A stretch of DNA of 63,314 nt, the filler included, from Thermodesulfobacteriota bacterium (GTDB lineage: Bacteria > DASVDK01): assembly GCA_036381125.1 (NCBI GenBank). It is 9 parts of 9 records of this genome, joined end to end, with 100 filler letters (N's around TTAATTAATTAA, not from the genome) between each part and the next. Parts side by side here need not be neighbours in the genome. Positions count along the whole stretch, not along the records: positions 19,976 to 26,995 come from DASVDK010000317.1; positions 27,096 to 34,048 come from DASVDK010000318.1; 7 more parts are not named here. One strand, written 5' to 3'. Each line of letters begins with the position of its first letter. Position 1 is the stretch's first letter. Of the stretch, positions 22,542-32,672 are shown one piece after another. Both the position numbers and the translations under genes were made by a program. The notes beneath the pieces are model-generated. The model saw nothing but the letters and a program-made list of their open reading frames with translations. It was not told the DNA's origin and searched no databases.

Positions 22542-23813
22542 ATGAAGGTCTCGCTGGCCTACGGCCGCAGCGGCCTCGACGTCGACCTCCCCGACGGGCG
22601 GACGACGGTCATCGAGCCGGCGGAGGCGCCGGGCCTGCCGGACGAGAAGGCCGCGGTCCTCGCGGCGCTCCGGCAGCCGATCGGCGCGCCGCCGCTGCGC
22701 GAGCAGGTGCGGCCGACCGATCGCGTCGTGATCGTCATCTCCGACATCACGCGGCCCACGCCGAACGAGCGCCTCGTGCCGTGGCTGCTCGAGGAGATCG
22801 GGCACGTTCCGGCCGAGCAGATCACCATCCTCAACGGCACCGGTTCCCACCGGGCCAACACCGAGGCCGAGCTGGCGCAGATGCTCGGCCGCGACGTCGT
22901 CGCCCGCTACCGCGTCGTCAACCACGACGCCTTCGACCCGGCGGCCCACGTCGCGCTGGGACGGACGTCGTACGGCGGCGAGATCGTGCTCGATCGCCGC
23001 TACGTCGAGGCCGACGCCCGCATCGTCGTCGGCTTCATCGAGCCGCACTTCTTCGCCGGCTTCTCGGGCGGGCCCAAGGGGGTGATGCCGGCCCTCGCGG
23101 CGATCGACTCCATCATGCACTTCCACAACGCCGAGATGATCGGCCACCCGCGGGCCACCTGGGGCGTGCTCGACGGCAACCCCATCCAGGGGGTGGCGCG
23201 CGAGGCGGTGGCGCTCGCGCCGGGGCGTCCTCCCTTCATCCTGAACGTCACGCTGAACAAGACGCGGGCCATCACCGGCGTCTTCGCCGGGCACGTCGTC
23301 GAGGCGCACCTCGTCGGCGCGCGGTTCTGCCGCGAGACCGCCATGCGACCGGTCCCGGCTCCCTTCGACGTGGTGGTCACGACCAACGGCGGCTACCCGC
23401 TCGACCAGAACCTCTACCAGGCGGTCAAGGGGATGAGCGCGGCGGCGCAGATCGTGCGGGACGGGGGCGCGATCGTGGCGGTCGCGGAGTGCTCGGACGG
23501 GCTCCCCGCGCACGGCAACTTCCGGAAGATCCTCCACATGCGCCGCTCGCCGGGGGAGCTGCTCGACATGATCACGAGCCCCGGCTTCCTCGTGTACGAC
23601 CAGTGGGAGGTGCAGGCGCAGGCGCTCGTCCAGAAGCGCGCGCGGGTCTACCTCAAGTCGCGCCTGCCGGCCGACGAGGTCACCGGGGCGCACCTCACGC
23701 CGATCGACGACGTGTCCGCCGAGGTGCGGGCGCTCGTCGAGCGGCTCGGGCCCGAGGCGCGGGTCGCGGCGCTGCCGCAGGGTCCTTTCACCATCCCGTA
23801 CGTGGAGGGGTGA
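22542..23813 (+). CDS. larA: Nickel-pincer-dependent lactate racemase family protein
   Basis: SDITRPTP, GTGSHR, EPHFFAGFSGGPK, YPLDQNLYQAVKG. Confidence 0.9.
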   Translation: MKVSLAYGRSGLDVDLPDGRTTVIEPAEAPGLPDEKAAVLAALRQPIGAPPLREQVRPTDRVVIVISDITRPTPNERLVPWLLEEIGHVPAEQITILNGTGSHRANTEAELAQMLGRDVVARYRVVNHDAFDPAAHVALGRTSYGGEIVLDRRYVEADARIVVGFIEPHFFAGFSGGPKGVMPALAAIDSIMHFHNAEMIGHPRATWGVLDGNPIQGVAREAVALAPGRPPFILNVTLNKTRAITGVFAGHVVEAHLVGARFCRETAMRPVPAPFDVVVTTNGGYPLDQNLYQAVKGMSAAAQIVRDGGAIVAVAECSDGLPAHGNFRKILHMRRSPGELLDMITSPGFLVYDQWEVQAQALVQKRARVYLKSRLPADEVTGAHLTPIDDVSAEVRALVERLGPEARVAALPQGPFTIPYVEG

Positions 23814-23816
23814 GCC

Positions 23817-24467
23817 ATGTACGTGCCCGAGGCCTTCAAGGAAGAGCGGGTTCCGGTGCTCCACGAGGCGATCCGGCGCGCCGGGCTCGCGACGCTCGTG
23901 AGCGCGGGCGAGGGGGGGCTCGTGGCGACGCACCTGCCGCTGCTCCTCGACCCGGAGCCGGCGCCCCTCGGCACCCTCGTGGGCCACGTCGCGCGGGCGA
24001 ACGGCCACTGGCGCGACCTCGCGGCCGCGCCCGATGCGCTCGCCGTGTTCCTCGGCCCCGAGGGCTACGTGAGCCCCTCCTGGTACCCGACCAAACGGGA
24101 GACGGGCAAGGTCGTCCCCACCTGGAACTACGTCGCGGTGCACGCCTACGGCCGCGTGGAGGTCTTCGACGACCCCGACCGCCTGCTCGCGGTCGTGACA
24201 CGGCTCACCGACGTGCACGAGTCGTACCGGGCCGACCCCTGGCGGGTGTCGGACGCGCCCGAGGACTACGTGCGCGCCATGCTCAAGGGGATCGTGGGCG
24301 TGTCGCTGCGGATCGAACGGATCGAGGGGAAGTGGAAGATGAGCCAGAACCGGCCGCAGGCCGACCGCGAGGCGGTGCGGGCCGCCTTCGCGGCCGACGA
24401 CCGCCCCGGCGCTCGCGCCGTTGCCGAGGTCATGGACGAGATCGCCCGCGAGGGGCCGCGCCGGTGA
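23817..24467 (+). CDS. PaiB-like FMN-binding protein
   Basis: MYVP..F, GHVARAN, YVSPSWY, VPTWNY, KWKMSQN. Confidence 0.9.
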   Translation: MYVPEAFKEERVPVLHEAIRRAGLATLVSAGEGGLVATHLPLLLDPEPAPLGTLVGHVARANGHWRDLAAAPDALAVFLGPEGYVSPSWYPTKRETGKVVPTWNYVAVHAYGRVEVFDDPDRLLAVVTRLTDVHESYRADPWRVSDAPEDYVRAMLKGIVGVSLRIERIEGKWKMSQNRPQADREAVRAAFAADDRPGARAVAEVMDEIAREGPRR

Positions 24468-25306
24468 TCGTCGACGCCACGGGCGTGGCCTTCGGAGCGC
24501 CCGTCGAGGGCCCCGTCGTCTCCCTCGTGCCGAGCCACACCGAGACGCTCGTCGCCATCGGGGCAGCCGATCGGCTGGCCGGCCGCACGGCGTACTGCGT
24601 GGAGCCGGCGGGCGAGGTCGAGCGGGTGCCGGCCTTCGGCGGCACCAAGAACCCGGACGTGGCCGGCATCGTCGACCTGCGACCGGCGCTCGTCGTCGCC
24701 AACCACGAGGAGAACACGCCGAGGGCCATCCGGGCGCTGCGCGAGGCGGGGGTGGCGGTGTTCGTGACCTATCCGCGCACGGTGGCCGAGGGGATCGAGA
24801 CCATCCGCGTCCTCGGGCGGCTCCTCGGGGGGCCGGCGCCGGCGCGGGCGGCGGCCCTGGCCGACCGGCTCGAGGCGACGCTCGCCGCCGTGCGCGCGCG
24901 GACGTCCGCCAGGCCGGCCGTGCGGGTCTTCTGCCCGATCTGGAAGTCGCCCTGGATGCCGTTCTCGGCCGACACCTACGCGCACGACCTCCTGGCCGTC
25001 TGCGGCGGCGCCAACGTGTTCGCCGACGGGCCGCGGCGGTACTTCCCGGTCACGCTCGAGGAGGTGGCGGCGAGGCGGCCCGCGGTGGCGCTCCTGCCCG
25101 ACGAGCCGTACCGGTTCGGCCCTGCCGATGCCGCCGAGGTCGAGGCGGCGCTGCCGGGCGTGCCGGCGCGGCTCGTGTCGGGACGGCACCTGACCTGGTA
25201 CGGCCCCGCCATCGGCCCGGGCCTCGAGGCCATCGAGCGGAGCATCGCGTCCGCCTCGGCCGCGACGGCGAGGAGGGCCGTCCGTCCGGCGGCGCCCGGA
25301 ACCTGA
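24464..25306 (+). CDS. Helical-backbone metal/cobalamin-binding protein (BtuF-like)
   Basis: VVSLVPSHTE, GGTKNP, ANHEEN, PIW..PWM, PDEPY.F, LTWYG. Confidence 0.82.
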   Translation: MIVDATGVAFGAPVEGPVVSLVPSHTETLVAIGAADRLAGRTAYCVEPAGEVERVPAFGGTKNPDVAGIVDLRPALVVANHEENTPRAIRALREAGVAVFVTYPRTVAEGIETIRVLGRLLGGPAPARAAALADRLEATLAAVRARTSARPAVRVFCPIWKSPWMPFSADTYAHDLLAVCGGANVFADGPRRYFPVTLEEVAARRPAVALLPDEPYRFGPADAAEVEAALPGVPARLVSGRHLTWYGPAIGPGLEAIERSIASASAATARRAVRPAAPGT

Positions 25307-25326
25307 CACCGGAACGGGGGGACCCA

Positions 25327-26178
25327 ATGCTCAAGGCCTACGGCTGGGGGCCGATCGCCGCGTCGTTCGGCGCGGCGCGCGAGCGGCACCCGAAGCTCGC
25401 AGACCTCTTCACGTTCTACGAGGCGGCGCTGCGGCTCGTCCACGAGACGCCCGTCGAGATCGACCTCTCCGGGCTCGAGCCGTCGCGGCTCCAGCTCAGG
25501 CTCGTCCAGGGCGAGCCGCTGCTCTCGCGCGAGCGGTTCGTCGTCGACCTGGCCGCCACGGAGGCGCTCTTCGAGCGGCTCGCCGACCTCGTGGCCGCGC
25601 GGGGTCCGGAGCCGGCCGAGGCGGTGCGCCGCATCCGGGAGCTCGGCCGCGAGGGGGCGCTCACGGTGGAGGCCCTCGTCCGCGGGGCCCTCGACGCGCC
25701 GGGAGCGGCCGCGGCCGCGGCGTCGCGCCTCGGGGTCGACGCCGACGTGCTCGGCTTCCTCACGCGCTTCAGCCTCTGGCCCTCGCTGGAGGCGTGCGCG
25801 TCGGGCGTCGACGAGTGGGTGTCGGCCATCGGGTGGGACCACAACGTCTGCCCCGCCTGCGGCAGCGGCGCCGGCCTCGCGGAACTCAAGGGCGACGAGG
25901 GGATGCGCGTCCTCCACTGCAGCTTCTGCGCGCGCGAGTGGGCGTTCCAGCGGACCGGCTGCCCCTACTGCGGCAACGTCGACCACAACCGGCTCGAGAT
26001 CCTCTACGCCGACCGGGATACGCGCGCGCACCTCTCCGTGTGCCACGCGTGCCGCGCGTACCTCAAGACGATCGACAACAAGGAGTATCGCGGGCTGATC
26101 CCCGCCGTGGAGGACCTGGTGTCGCCCTACCTCGACATCCTGGCCGGCGAGAAGGGCTACGAGCGGATCGTCTTCTGA
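25327..26178 (+). CDS. fdhE: Formate dehydrogenase maturation protein FdhE
   Basis: CPACG, CSFC..EW...R..CPYCGN and CHAC..YLK Cys clusters. Confidence 0.85.
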   Translation: MLKAYGWGPIAASFGAARERHPKLADLFTFYEAALRLVHETPVEIDLSGLEPSRLQLRLVQGEPLLSRERFVVDLAATEALFERLADLVAARGPEPAEAVRRIRELGREGALTVEALVRGALDAPGAAAAAASRLGVDADVLGFLTRFSLWPSLEACASGVDEWVSAIGWDHNVCPACGSGAGLAELKGDEGMRVLHCSFCAREWAFQRTGCPYCGNVDHNRLEILYADRDTRAHLSVCHACRAYLKTIDNKEYRGLIPAVEDLVSPYLDILAGEKGYERIVF

Positions 26179-26194
26179 GGGAGGGTCGGCTGCG

Positions 26195-26995
26195 ATGTCG
26201 CTGACAGAGGCGCTACGCGCACGGCGCAAGAGGCGGGCCGCGTTGCGGGATTGCCACTCCATCGCCGACATCCGGGCCCGGGCGCGCCGGCGCATCCCGC
26301 GCTTCGCCTTCGACTTCCTCGACGGCGGCGCCGAGGACGAGTCGGCGCTGGCGCGCAGCCGTGCCGCCTGGGGGGCGATCCCGCTGACGCCGCGCGTCGG
26401 CCGCGACGTCGCGCGCCGGGACCCCGGCGTCGAGCTGTTCGGCCGCCGCTGGGCGGCGCCCTTCGGGGTGGCGCCGACGGGGCTCACCGGCCTGGCCTGG
26501 CCGGGGGCGGACCTGATGATCGCCCGCGCGGCCGCGGCGGCGAACCTCCCGGTCGCCTTCAGCACGCTGGCGACGGCAACGCTCGAGGAGGCCGCCGCGG
26601 CGGTGCCCGAGGGACACCTCTGGTTCCAGCTCTACGTGCCGAACCGGCTCGAGACCGCCTTCGACCTGATGCGCCGGGCGCGAGCGGTCGGCGTGCGCGT
26701 CATGCTCGTGACCATGGACGTCGCGGTCCTCGGCAAGCGCGAGCGGGACCTGCGCAACGGCTTCGCGCTGCCGCTGCGCCCCACGCCGCGCCTGGCCTGG
26801 GATCTCGCGACGCACCCGCGCTGGTCGCTTGCCATGCTGCGCTCCGGCCCGCCGCGCTTCGCCACCTACGCGCCCTACGCGCCGCCCGAGGCCGCGTCCG
26901 ACGCCCGGGAGCTGGCCGCCTTCATCGCCTCGCAGGTCATGCCCTCGCTGACCTGGGACGTCCTGCGGCGGCTGCGCGACGCCTGGCCGGGGATC
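26195..26995 (+). CDS. FMN-dependent alpha-hydroxy acid oxidase/dehydrogenase, 3' truncated
   Basis: FDFLDGGAEDE, APTG, WFQLY, D...GKRERDLRNGF. Confidence 0.88.
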
Positions 26996-27095
26996 NNNNN
27001 NNNNNNNNNNNNNNNNNNNNNNNNNNNNNNNNNNNNNNNTTAATTAATTAANNNNNNNNNNNNNNNNNNNNNNNNNNNNNNNNNNNNNNNNNNNN

Positions 27096-28007
27096 CAGGG
27101 CGCGCAGGTCGCGCTCGAGGGCGCGGTGGTCCTGGCCGGGGACGGTCCGCACGTCGAGGCCGACCTGCGCCCGGGCCGGCACGACGTTGAGCTGGGCCTC
27201 GCCGGCCGGCGGCGCCGCCAGGATGGTCGGCGTGAGGTGCGGCGCGCCGAGGTAGGGATGGACGCCCGTCCGCGCACGGATCTCCCCGTCGAGGCGGACG
27301 GCGCCGCGCACCACCTCGGCCGCGGCGGGGATCGGGTTCGCGCCGGCGTACGGCATGGCGCCGTGCGCCATGCGCCCCGCCAGGTCCACGACGACCCGCA
27401 TCGCCCCCTTCTGGACGAGGCAGAGCTCCAGCTCCTCGGGCTCGCAGACGATCGCGCCGTCGACGTCCCGGGCGAGGCCCTGCTCGATGAAGCGCTTGAC
27501 GCCCCGCATCATCCCCTCCTCGTCGGCGAGGCAGGCGAGGCGGATGTCGCCCGGCAGGTCGGGCGCGACGCGGCGGAGCGCCTCGATGGCGGCGAGGGCG
27601 GCCGCGAGCCCCCCCTTCATGTCGCAGGCGCCCCGCCCGTAGAGGCGGCCGTCCGCGATCTCGGCGCCGAAGGGGTCGCGGCTCCACAGGGCGAGGTCTC
27701 CCTCGGTGACGACGTCCGTGTGGCCCTCGAAGAGGAGGCGGCGCCGCCGGCGGCGCGCGGGGCGACCGGCGAAGGCCACGTCCGCGACGAGGTTCGGCCG
27801 CCCCGGGAGCGCCTCGTGCACGGCCGGCGCGAGCCCCCGGCCGCGCAGGTACGACTCGATCCAGGCGACGCACGCCGCCTCGCCGCCGCCTGTTGCGGGC
27901 CGGACGACCGAGTCGATGCGCACGAGGCTCCGGGCGAGCTCGATCGCGAGATCGGCGTCCACCGCGCGGGCGGCGGCGTGGGCGAGATCGGCTGCGCGCG
28001 AGGTCAT
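27096..28007 (-). CDS. M20 metallopeptidase (ArgE/DapE-like), 3' truncated
   Basis: EGHTDVV, GRGACDMKGG, DEE, CEP, AHGA. Confidence 0.9.
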
Positions 28008-28047
28008 CCCCCGGAGCGTAAGGCCGCGGGCACGGCCCCGTCAACTC

Positions 28048-28430
28048 TCACCCCGCCGCGGCGGCAGGCGCCTCCGTCATGCGCGCCGCCCTGAGAAGCG
28101 CCCGGGTGCAGGGGTGCTGCGGCCGGTCGAAGACCTCGTCGCGGCTGCCGCTCTCGACGATGCGTCCCTGCTGCATGACGAGCACCCGGTCGGCGATCTG
28201 CTCCACCGCGGCGAGTCCGCCACGACGAAGGCGGGCCGCCGCACGATCGCCCGGGCGATCGCGACGCGCTGGCGCTGGCCGCCGGACAGCTGACAACTCG
28301 TGCGGGTAGCGGCGCTCGAAGCCGGCCAGGCTGACCCGGTCGACGTCCGTGTGGCCCGGCCCCGCGCGCAGGAAGCGCCTCGATCAACTGCCGCGTGTAG
28401 GCGTCGCGCGGCGCGACAGGATCTCGGCCG
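28048..28430 (-). pseudogene. Remnant of a dual-domain peptide/nickel ABC ATPase
   Basis: Fragments [32 protein letters not shown] and [27 protein letters not shown] in shifted frames with deletions. Confidence 0.75.
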
Positions 28431-28479
28431 CGGTGAGCCGGGTGTGGAGGCGCAGCCCCTCGGCCATCTGCGCGCCGAC

Positions 28480-28705
28480 GGTGCTCGTCGGCGTGCCGCT
28501 CGCCGCCTGCGCCTTCTCCCGCACGCCGTCGACCGTCGCCGCGATCGCCGACGCCCTCGAGGCCGGGATGGTCGCGATCAACCAGTTCCGCGTCTCGCTG
28601 CCCGAGGCCCCGTTCGGCGGCGTGAAGGCGAGCGGGTACGGCTCCGAATGGGGCCAGGAAGGGCTCGACGCCTACCTCGTGACCAGGTTCGTGAACCAGG
28701 CCTGA
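28480..28705 (+). pseudogene. C-terminal remnant of an aldehyde dehydrogenase
   Basis: ALEAGMVAIN..PEAPFGGVKASGYGSE.G.EGL only; no catalytic domain upstream; left boundary approximate. Confidence 0.75.
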
Positions 28706-28717
28706 AGTCGGCCCGCC

Positions 28718-29416
28718 TCAGATGAGGAGCCGCAGCTTCTCCGGGTCGCCCACCCGGATGGAGCCGGCGGCGAGCGTCACGTGCCCCTCGTGCTTGAGCT
28801 CGTTCACGAGGGTGTTGACGACCTGGCGGCCGGCGCCGATGAGGTCGGCCAGCTCGGGCGCGCCGATGCCGAGGTCGACGTCCTCGCCGCCCGCGGCCGC
28901 GCCGGCGGCCTCGCCCAGATCGGCCAGCGCCTCGAGGACGCGCGTCCGCACGTCCTTGAAGACGAGGCGGTCGATCGGACGCGAGAGGGGGGCGCCCTTC
29001 TTGGGGGTGACCGTCAGGGCGAAGTCGGGCCGCGCCGCGAGGATGCCGCGCAGGCTGTCGGCCGGCATGGTGAGCACCGAGGAGGGCTCGAGCGCCTCGA
29101 CGACGTGCTCGCGCGGGGCGCTCTTGCCGGGGAGGCCGGCTTCGCCGAACGGGCCACCGGCCGGCAGCACTGCGAGGGGCGTCCGCCGGTTGTCCTCGGT
29201 GAGGCGCATGAGGCTCACCCGCCCGCTCTTGACGATGTAGGCGACCTCGCCGGGGTCCCCTTCGAGGCCGAGGAGGTCGCCCCGCCTGGCCAGCTCGAAC
29301 TGCCGCAGGCCCGGCGCCCGGCCGACCGTCTCGGCGCCGAACGCGCCGATGAGGTCAACCCGGAGGAGATACCAGGCTGATTCGGTTTCGTAGAGATCCG
29401 AGGCTGCGCGCGCCAT
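28718..29416 (-). CDS. Crp/Fnr family transcriptional regulator
   Basis: cNMP-like barrel (GDP....YIVKSGRV, PFGE) plus HTH ELADLIGAGRQVV. Confidence 0.82.
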   Translation of the reverse strand: MARAASDLYETESAWYLLRVDLIGAFGAETVGRAPGLRQFELARRGDLLGLEGDPGEVAYIVKSGRVSLMRLTEDNRRTPLAVLPAGGPFGEAGLPGKSAPREHVVEALEPSSVLTMPADSLRGILAARPDFALTVTPKKGAPLSRPIDRLVFKDVRTRVLEALADLGEAAGAAAGGEDVDLGIGAPELADLIGAGRQVVNTLVNELKHEGHVTLAAGSIRVGDPEKLRLLI

Positions 29417-29636
29417 TGTCGCGTCGTCGTGATCCGGCGTGTATGTGGCACCGCATTGTATCGGTGCCGCCTTTGCGGTCACTATAAACGACCTCCCGCC
29501 GAGAACGCAAGTCACGGCGAGCGGTTGCGCGTGCTTGTGCCCGCGCGGTACAAGGAGGGCCGGCGCGAGCCGCCGGGCATCATCATCCGGACGCCGGCCA
29601 CGCCGGCGGGGTCTCACGCATGGGAAGGGAGTCGCG

Positions 29637-30602
29637 GTGACGGGCAGGAGCGGTGCGGTGCGGGAGGTCATCATCATCGGGTCGGGGCCGGCCGGGCTCA
29701 CGGCGGCCATCTACGCGGGGCGGGCCAACCTCAAGCCGCTGGTGTTCGAGGGCGCGCAGGCCGGCGGCCAGCTCACCCTGACGAGCGAGGTCGAGAACTT
29801 CCCGGGCTTCCCGAAGGGCGTGCAAGGGCCCGAACTCATGGCGCTCATGCGCGAGCAGGCCGGTCGCTTCGGGACCGAGTTCATCACCGACGACGTCACG
29901 GCCGTCGACTTCCAGCAGCGCCCCTTCAAGGTCATGCGGGGCGACGAGGTTTACCTGGCGAAGACGGTCATCGTCGCCACGGGCGCCTCGGCCAGGATGC
30001 TGGGGCTTCCGGCCGAGCGGCGGCTCCTCGGCAAAGGCGTCTCCACCTGCGCCACCTGCGACGGCTTCTTCTTCCAGGGCGTGCCGCTGGCCGTCGTCGG
30101 GGGCGGGGACAGCGCCCTCGAGGAGGCGCTGTTCCTCACCAAGTTCGCCAGCAAGGTGACCGTCCTCCACCGGCGCGACAGCCTGCGCGCGTCGAAGATC
30201 ATGCAGGAGCGCGCCTTCGCCAACCCGAAGATCGACTTCGTCTGGAACGTCGAGGTCCGCGACATCCACGCGAACGACGCCGGCCAGGTCAGCAGCCTCA
30301 CGATCGCCGACGTGAAGAGCGGCGCGACCCGCCGCCTCGAGGTGGGGGGCCTCTTCGTCGCGATCGGTCACACCCCGAACACCGCGCTCTTCGTCGGCCA
30401 GCTCGAGATGGACGAGCGCGGCTACATCGTGACCCGTCACGGCACCCGCACGAGCGTCCCGGGGGTCTTCGCCTGCGGCGACGTGCAGGACCACGAGTAC
30501 CGCCAGGCCATCACGGCCGCCGGGTCCGGCTGCATGGCCGCCATGGACGCCGAGCGGTACCTCGAGGGCACGGCCGGCTACTACGCCCCATCCGGCACCT
30601 GA
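29637..30602 (+). CDS. trxB: Thioredoxin-disulfide reductase
   Basis: IGSGPAG, VENFPGF, CATCDGFF, GGGDSA, ACGDV.D..YRQAITAAG. Confidence 0.96.
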   Translation: MTGRSGAVREVIIIGSGPAGLTAAIYAGRANLKPLVFEGAQAGGQLTLTSEVENFPGFPKGVQGPELMALMREQAGRFGTEFITDDVTAVDFQQRPFKVMRGDEVYLAKTVIVATGASARMLGLPAERRLLGKGVSTCATCDGFFFQGVPLAVVGGGDSALEEALFLTKFASKVTVLHRRDSLRASKIMQERAFANPKIDFVWNVEVRDIHANDAGQVSSLTIADVKSGATRRLEVGGLFVAIGHTPNTALFVGQLEMDERGYIVTRHGTRTSVPGVFACGDVQDHEYRQAITAAGSGCMAAMDAERYLEGTAGYYAPSGT

Positions 30603-30932
30603 TCGGCCGGCGCGGCGGCCTCCTCGTTCCGGCCGTCCGCGGCCGTTCGGGCGGGCCGCCGGGACCGGATGGCACGGATCTTTCACCGGCTCCCCGGACC
30701 CTCGTGTCGACCGAGGGGCGAGGGCTCCGGCCGGCGCGGCGGTGCGCCCGAGCGTGTGAAATCGGGAACTTGCCGTCACCCGGCCGCCCGCGGCCTCGCG
30801 ACACGTGCGCTGCAACACCGTTTGACGCCGTTGCGGCAGGCCAGGTGGCCGCGAGCAAAGGTGTTGCGGTCGTGACGCCGGAATGCTATCAAGTCAGGAT
30901 GCGTCCCGTGGTGCGCCGATAGGAGACACTGT

Positions 30933-31970
30933 TTGAAATCCGACGGGAGGCAGCCGAGAGGCAGGCCGCGGACCATGATCGCGGTCTGCGGCGACAGCGG
31001 GACCGGGAAGACGACGCTCGCCTCGGGCATCGCGAAGCTCCTCGGCGAGGACCGGGTCACCCACGTCTGCACCGACGACTACCACAGCCTCGACCGGAAG
31101 CAGCGCCGGGCGCTGGGGATCACGGCGCTCCACCCCCGCGCCAACAACCTCGACCTCATGGCCGACCACCTGCGGCGGCTCAGGGCAGGGGAGCCGATCG
31201 AGAAGCCGGTCTACGACCACTCCGACGGCACCATCAAGGGACCGGTCACCGTCACGCCGAAGGCGGTCGTCTTCGTGCAGGGGCTGCACCCGCTCTTCAC
31301 CCCCGACCTGCGGCGCCTCTACGACCTCAAGATCTACCTGGACCCCCATCCGGTGCTCAAGCGAGCCTGGAAGATCTCGCGCGACGTCGCGAAGCGGGGC
31401 TACACCCCCGAGCAGGTCGTGGCCGAGATCGCCGCGCGCCAGCCGGACGCGGAGGCGTACATCCTCCCGCAGCGCCGACACGCCGACATCATCGTGCACT
31501 TCTTTCCGCCGCACGACCCGTTCGACCTGCGCGACAACGCGCACCTGAACGTCCGCATCCTCGCGCGCGCCCACGTGCCGCCGCTCGACCTCTCCACGGT
31601 GAGCCGCCCGGCGGAGGCCCGGCGCGACTTCTGGCAGCACGACGACCGGCTGGACGACGGCACGCCGGTGTCGGTGATCGAGATCCGCGGCGACATGCCG
31701 CGGTCGCGCGCCCAGGAGCTGGAGGAGCGGATCTGGGAGCGCATCGGCCGCGGAGGGCAGCTCGCCGTGGAGAAACTCGGGCAGTTCCACGACGGGCTCG
31801 CCCCGGCGCAGAGCCATTCACTCGGCCTGGCCCAGCTCGTGCTACTCTGGCGTATCGTCGACGGCCAGCGCGGCGAGATGACGGGCGTGCCGCCGGCCGC
31901 CAGGGCCGAAGCGGTGTCGCGCCCCGACGTGACCGAGCCAGGGCTCAGGGCGGCCGCCGCGCGCAGCTAG
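30933..31970 (+). CDS. prk: Phosphoribulokinase (cyanobacterial/archaeal-like type)
   Basis: GDSGTGKTT P-loop, CTDDYHSLDR..R...ITALHPRANN, KPVYDH, GLHP, WK..RD...RG, YI.PQ. Confidence 0.85.
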   Translation: MKSDGRQPRGRPRTMIAVCGDSGTGKTTLASGIAKLLGEDRVTHVCTDDYHSLDRKQRRALGITALHPRANNLDLMADHLRRLRAGEPIEKPVYDHSDGTIKGPVTVTPKAVVFVQGLHPLFTPDLRRLYDLKIYLDPHPVLKRAWKISRDVAKRGYTPEQVVAEIAARQPDAEAYILPQRRHADIIVHFFPPHDPFDLRDNAHLNVRILARAHVPPLDLSTVSRPAEARRDFWQHDDRLDDGTPVSVIEIRGDMPRSRAQELEERIWERIGRGGQLAVEKLGQFHDGLAPAQSHSLGLAQLVLLWRIVDGQRGEMTGVPPAARAEAVSRPDVTEPGLRAAAARS

Positions 31971-31991
31971 TCCCAAGGAGCATCCCTTCTC

Positions 31992-32666
31992 ATGAAGATC
32001 TTCATCGACAGCGCCAATCTGGACGAGATCCGCGACGTGGCGTCCAAGGGCCTCATCGACGGCGTCACGACGAATCCCACGCTCGTTGCCAAGGAGGGGC
32101 GCGAGTTCGCCTCTCTGCTTCGCGAGATCTGCGAGGTCGCACGGGGGCCGGTGTCGGCCGAGGTGACCACCGCCGAGGCGGCCGACATGATCGCCGAGGG
32201 CCGCAGCCTGGCCCGGATCCACGACCTGGTCGTGGTGAAGGTCCCGCTCACCATGCCGGGGCTCGAAGCCTGCCGCACGCTGGCGAACGACGGCATCAAG
32301 GTCAACGTGACGCTCTGCTTCTCGCCGCTACAGGCCATCCTCGCCGCCAAGGCCGGGGCCACCTTCGTGAGCCCCTTCGTCGGCCGGCTCGACGACATCG
32401 CCGAGTCGGGGATGGACCTGATCGAGAAGATCGTCCGCATCTACCGGAACTACGACTTCGACACCGAGGTGCTCGTCGCCTCGGTCCGCAACCCGGTCCA
32501 CATCGTCGACGCCGCCCTCCTGGGGGCCGACATCTGCACCGTGCCGTACGCGGTGATCCGGCAGATCGCGAGCCATCCGCTCACCGACCGCGGCCTCGAG
32601 AAGTTCATGGCGGACGCGAAGAAGATCCCGGCCGAGGCCAAGGCGCCCATGACCGTGGGCCGCTAG
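31992..32666 (+). CDS. tal: Transaldolase (short decameric family)
   Basis: [12 protein letters not shown] Schiff-base Lys; SAEV Glu and SPFVGR Phe are the transaldolase rather than FSA residues. Confidence 0.9.
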   Translation: MKIFIDSANLDEIRDVASKGLIDGVTTNPTLVAKEGREFASLLREICEVARGPVSAEVTTAEAADMIAEGRSLARIHDLVVVKVPLTMPGLEACRTLANDGIKVNVTLCFSPLQAILAAKAGATFVSPFVGRLDDIAESGMDLIEKIVRIYRNYDFDTEVLVASVRNPVHIVDAALLGADICTVPYAVIRQIASHPLTDRGLEKFMADAKKIPAEAKAPMTVGR

Positions 32667-32672
32667 GGACCC

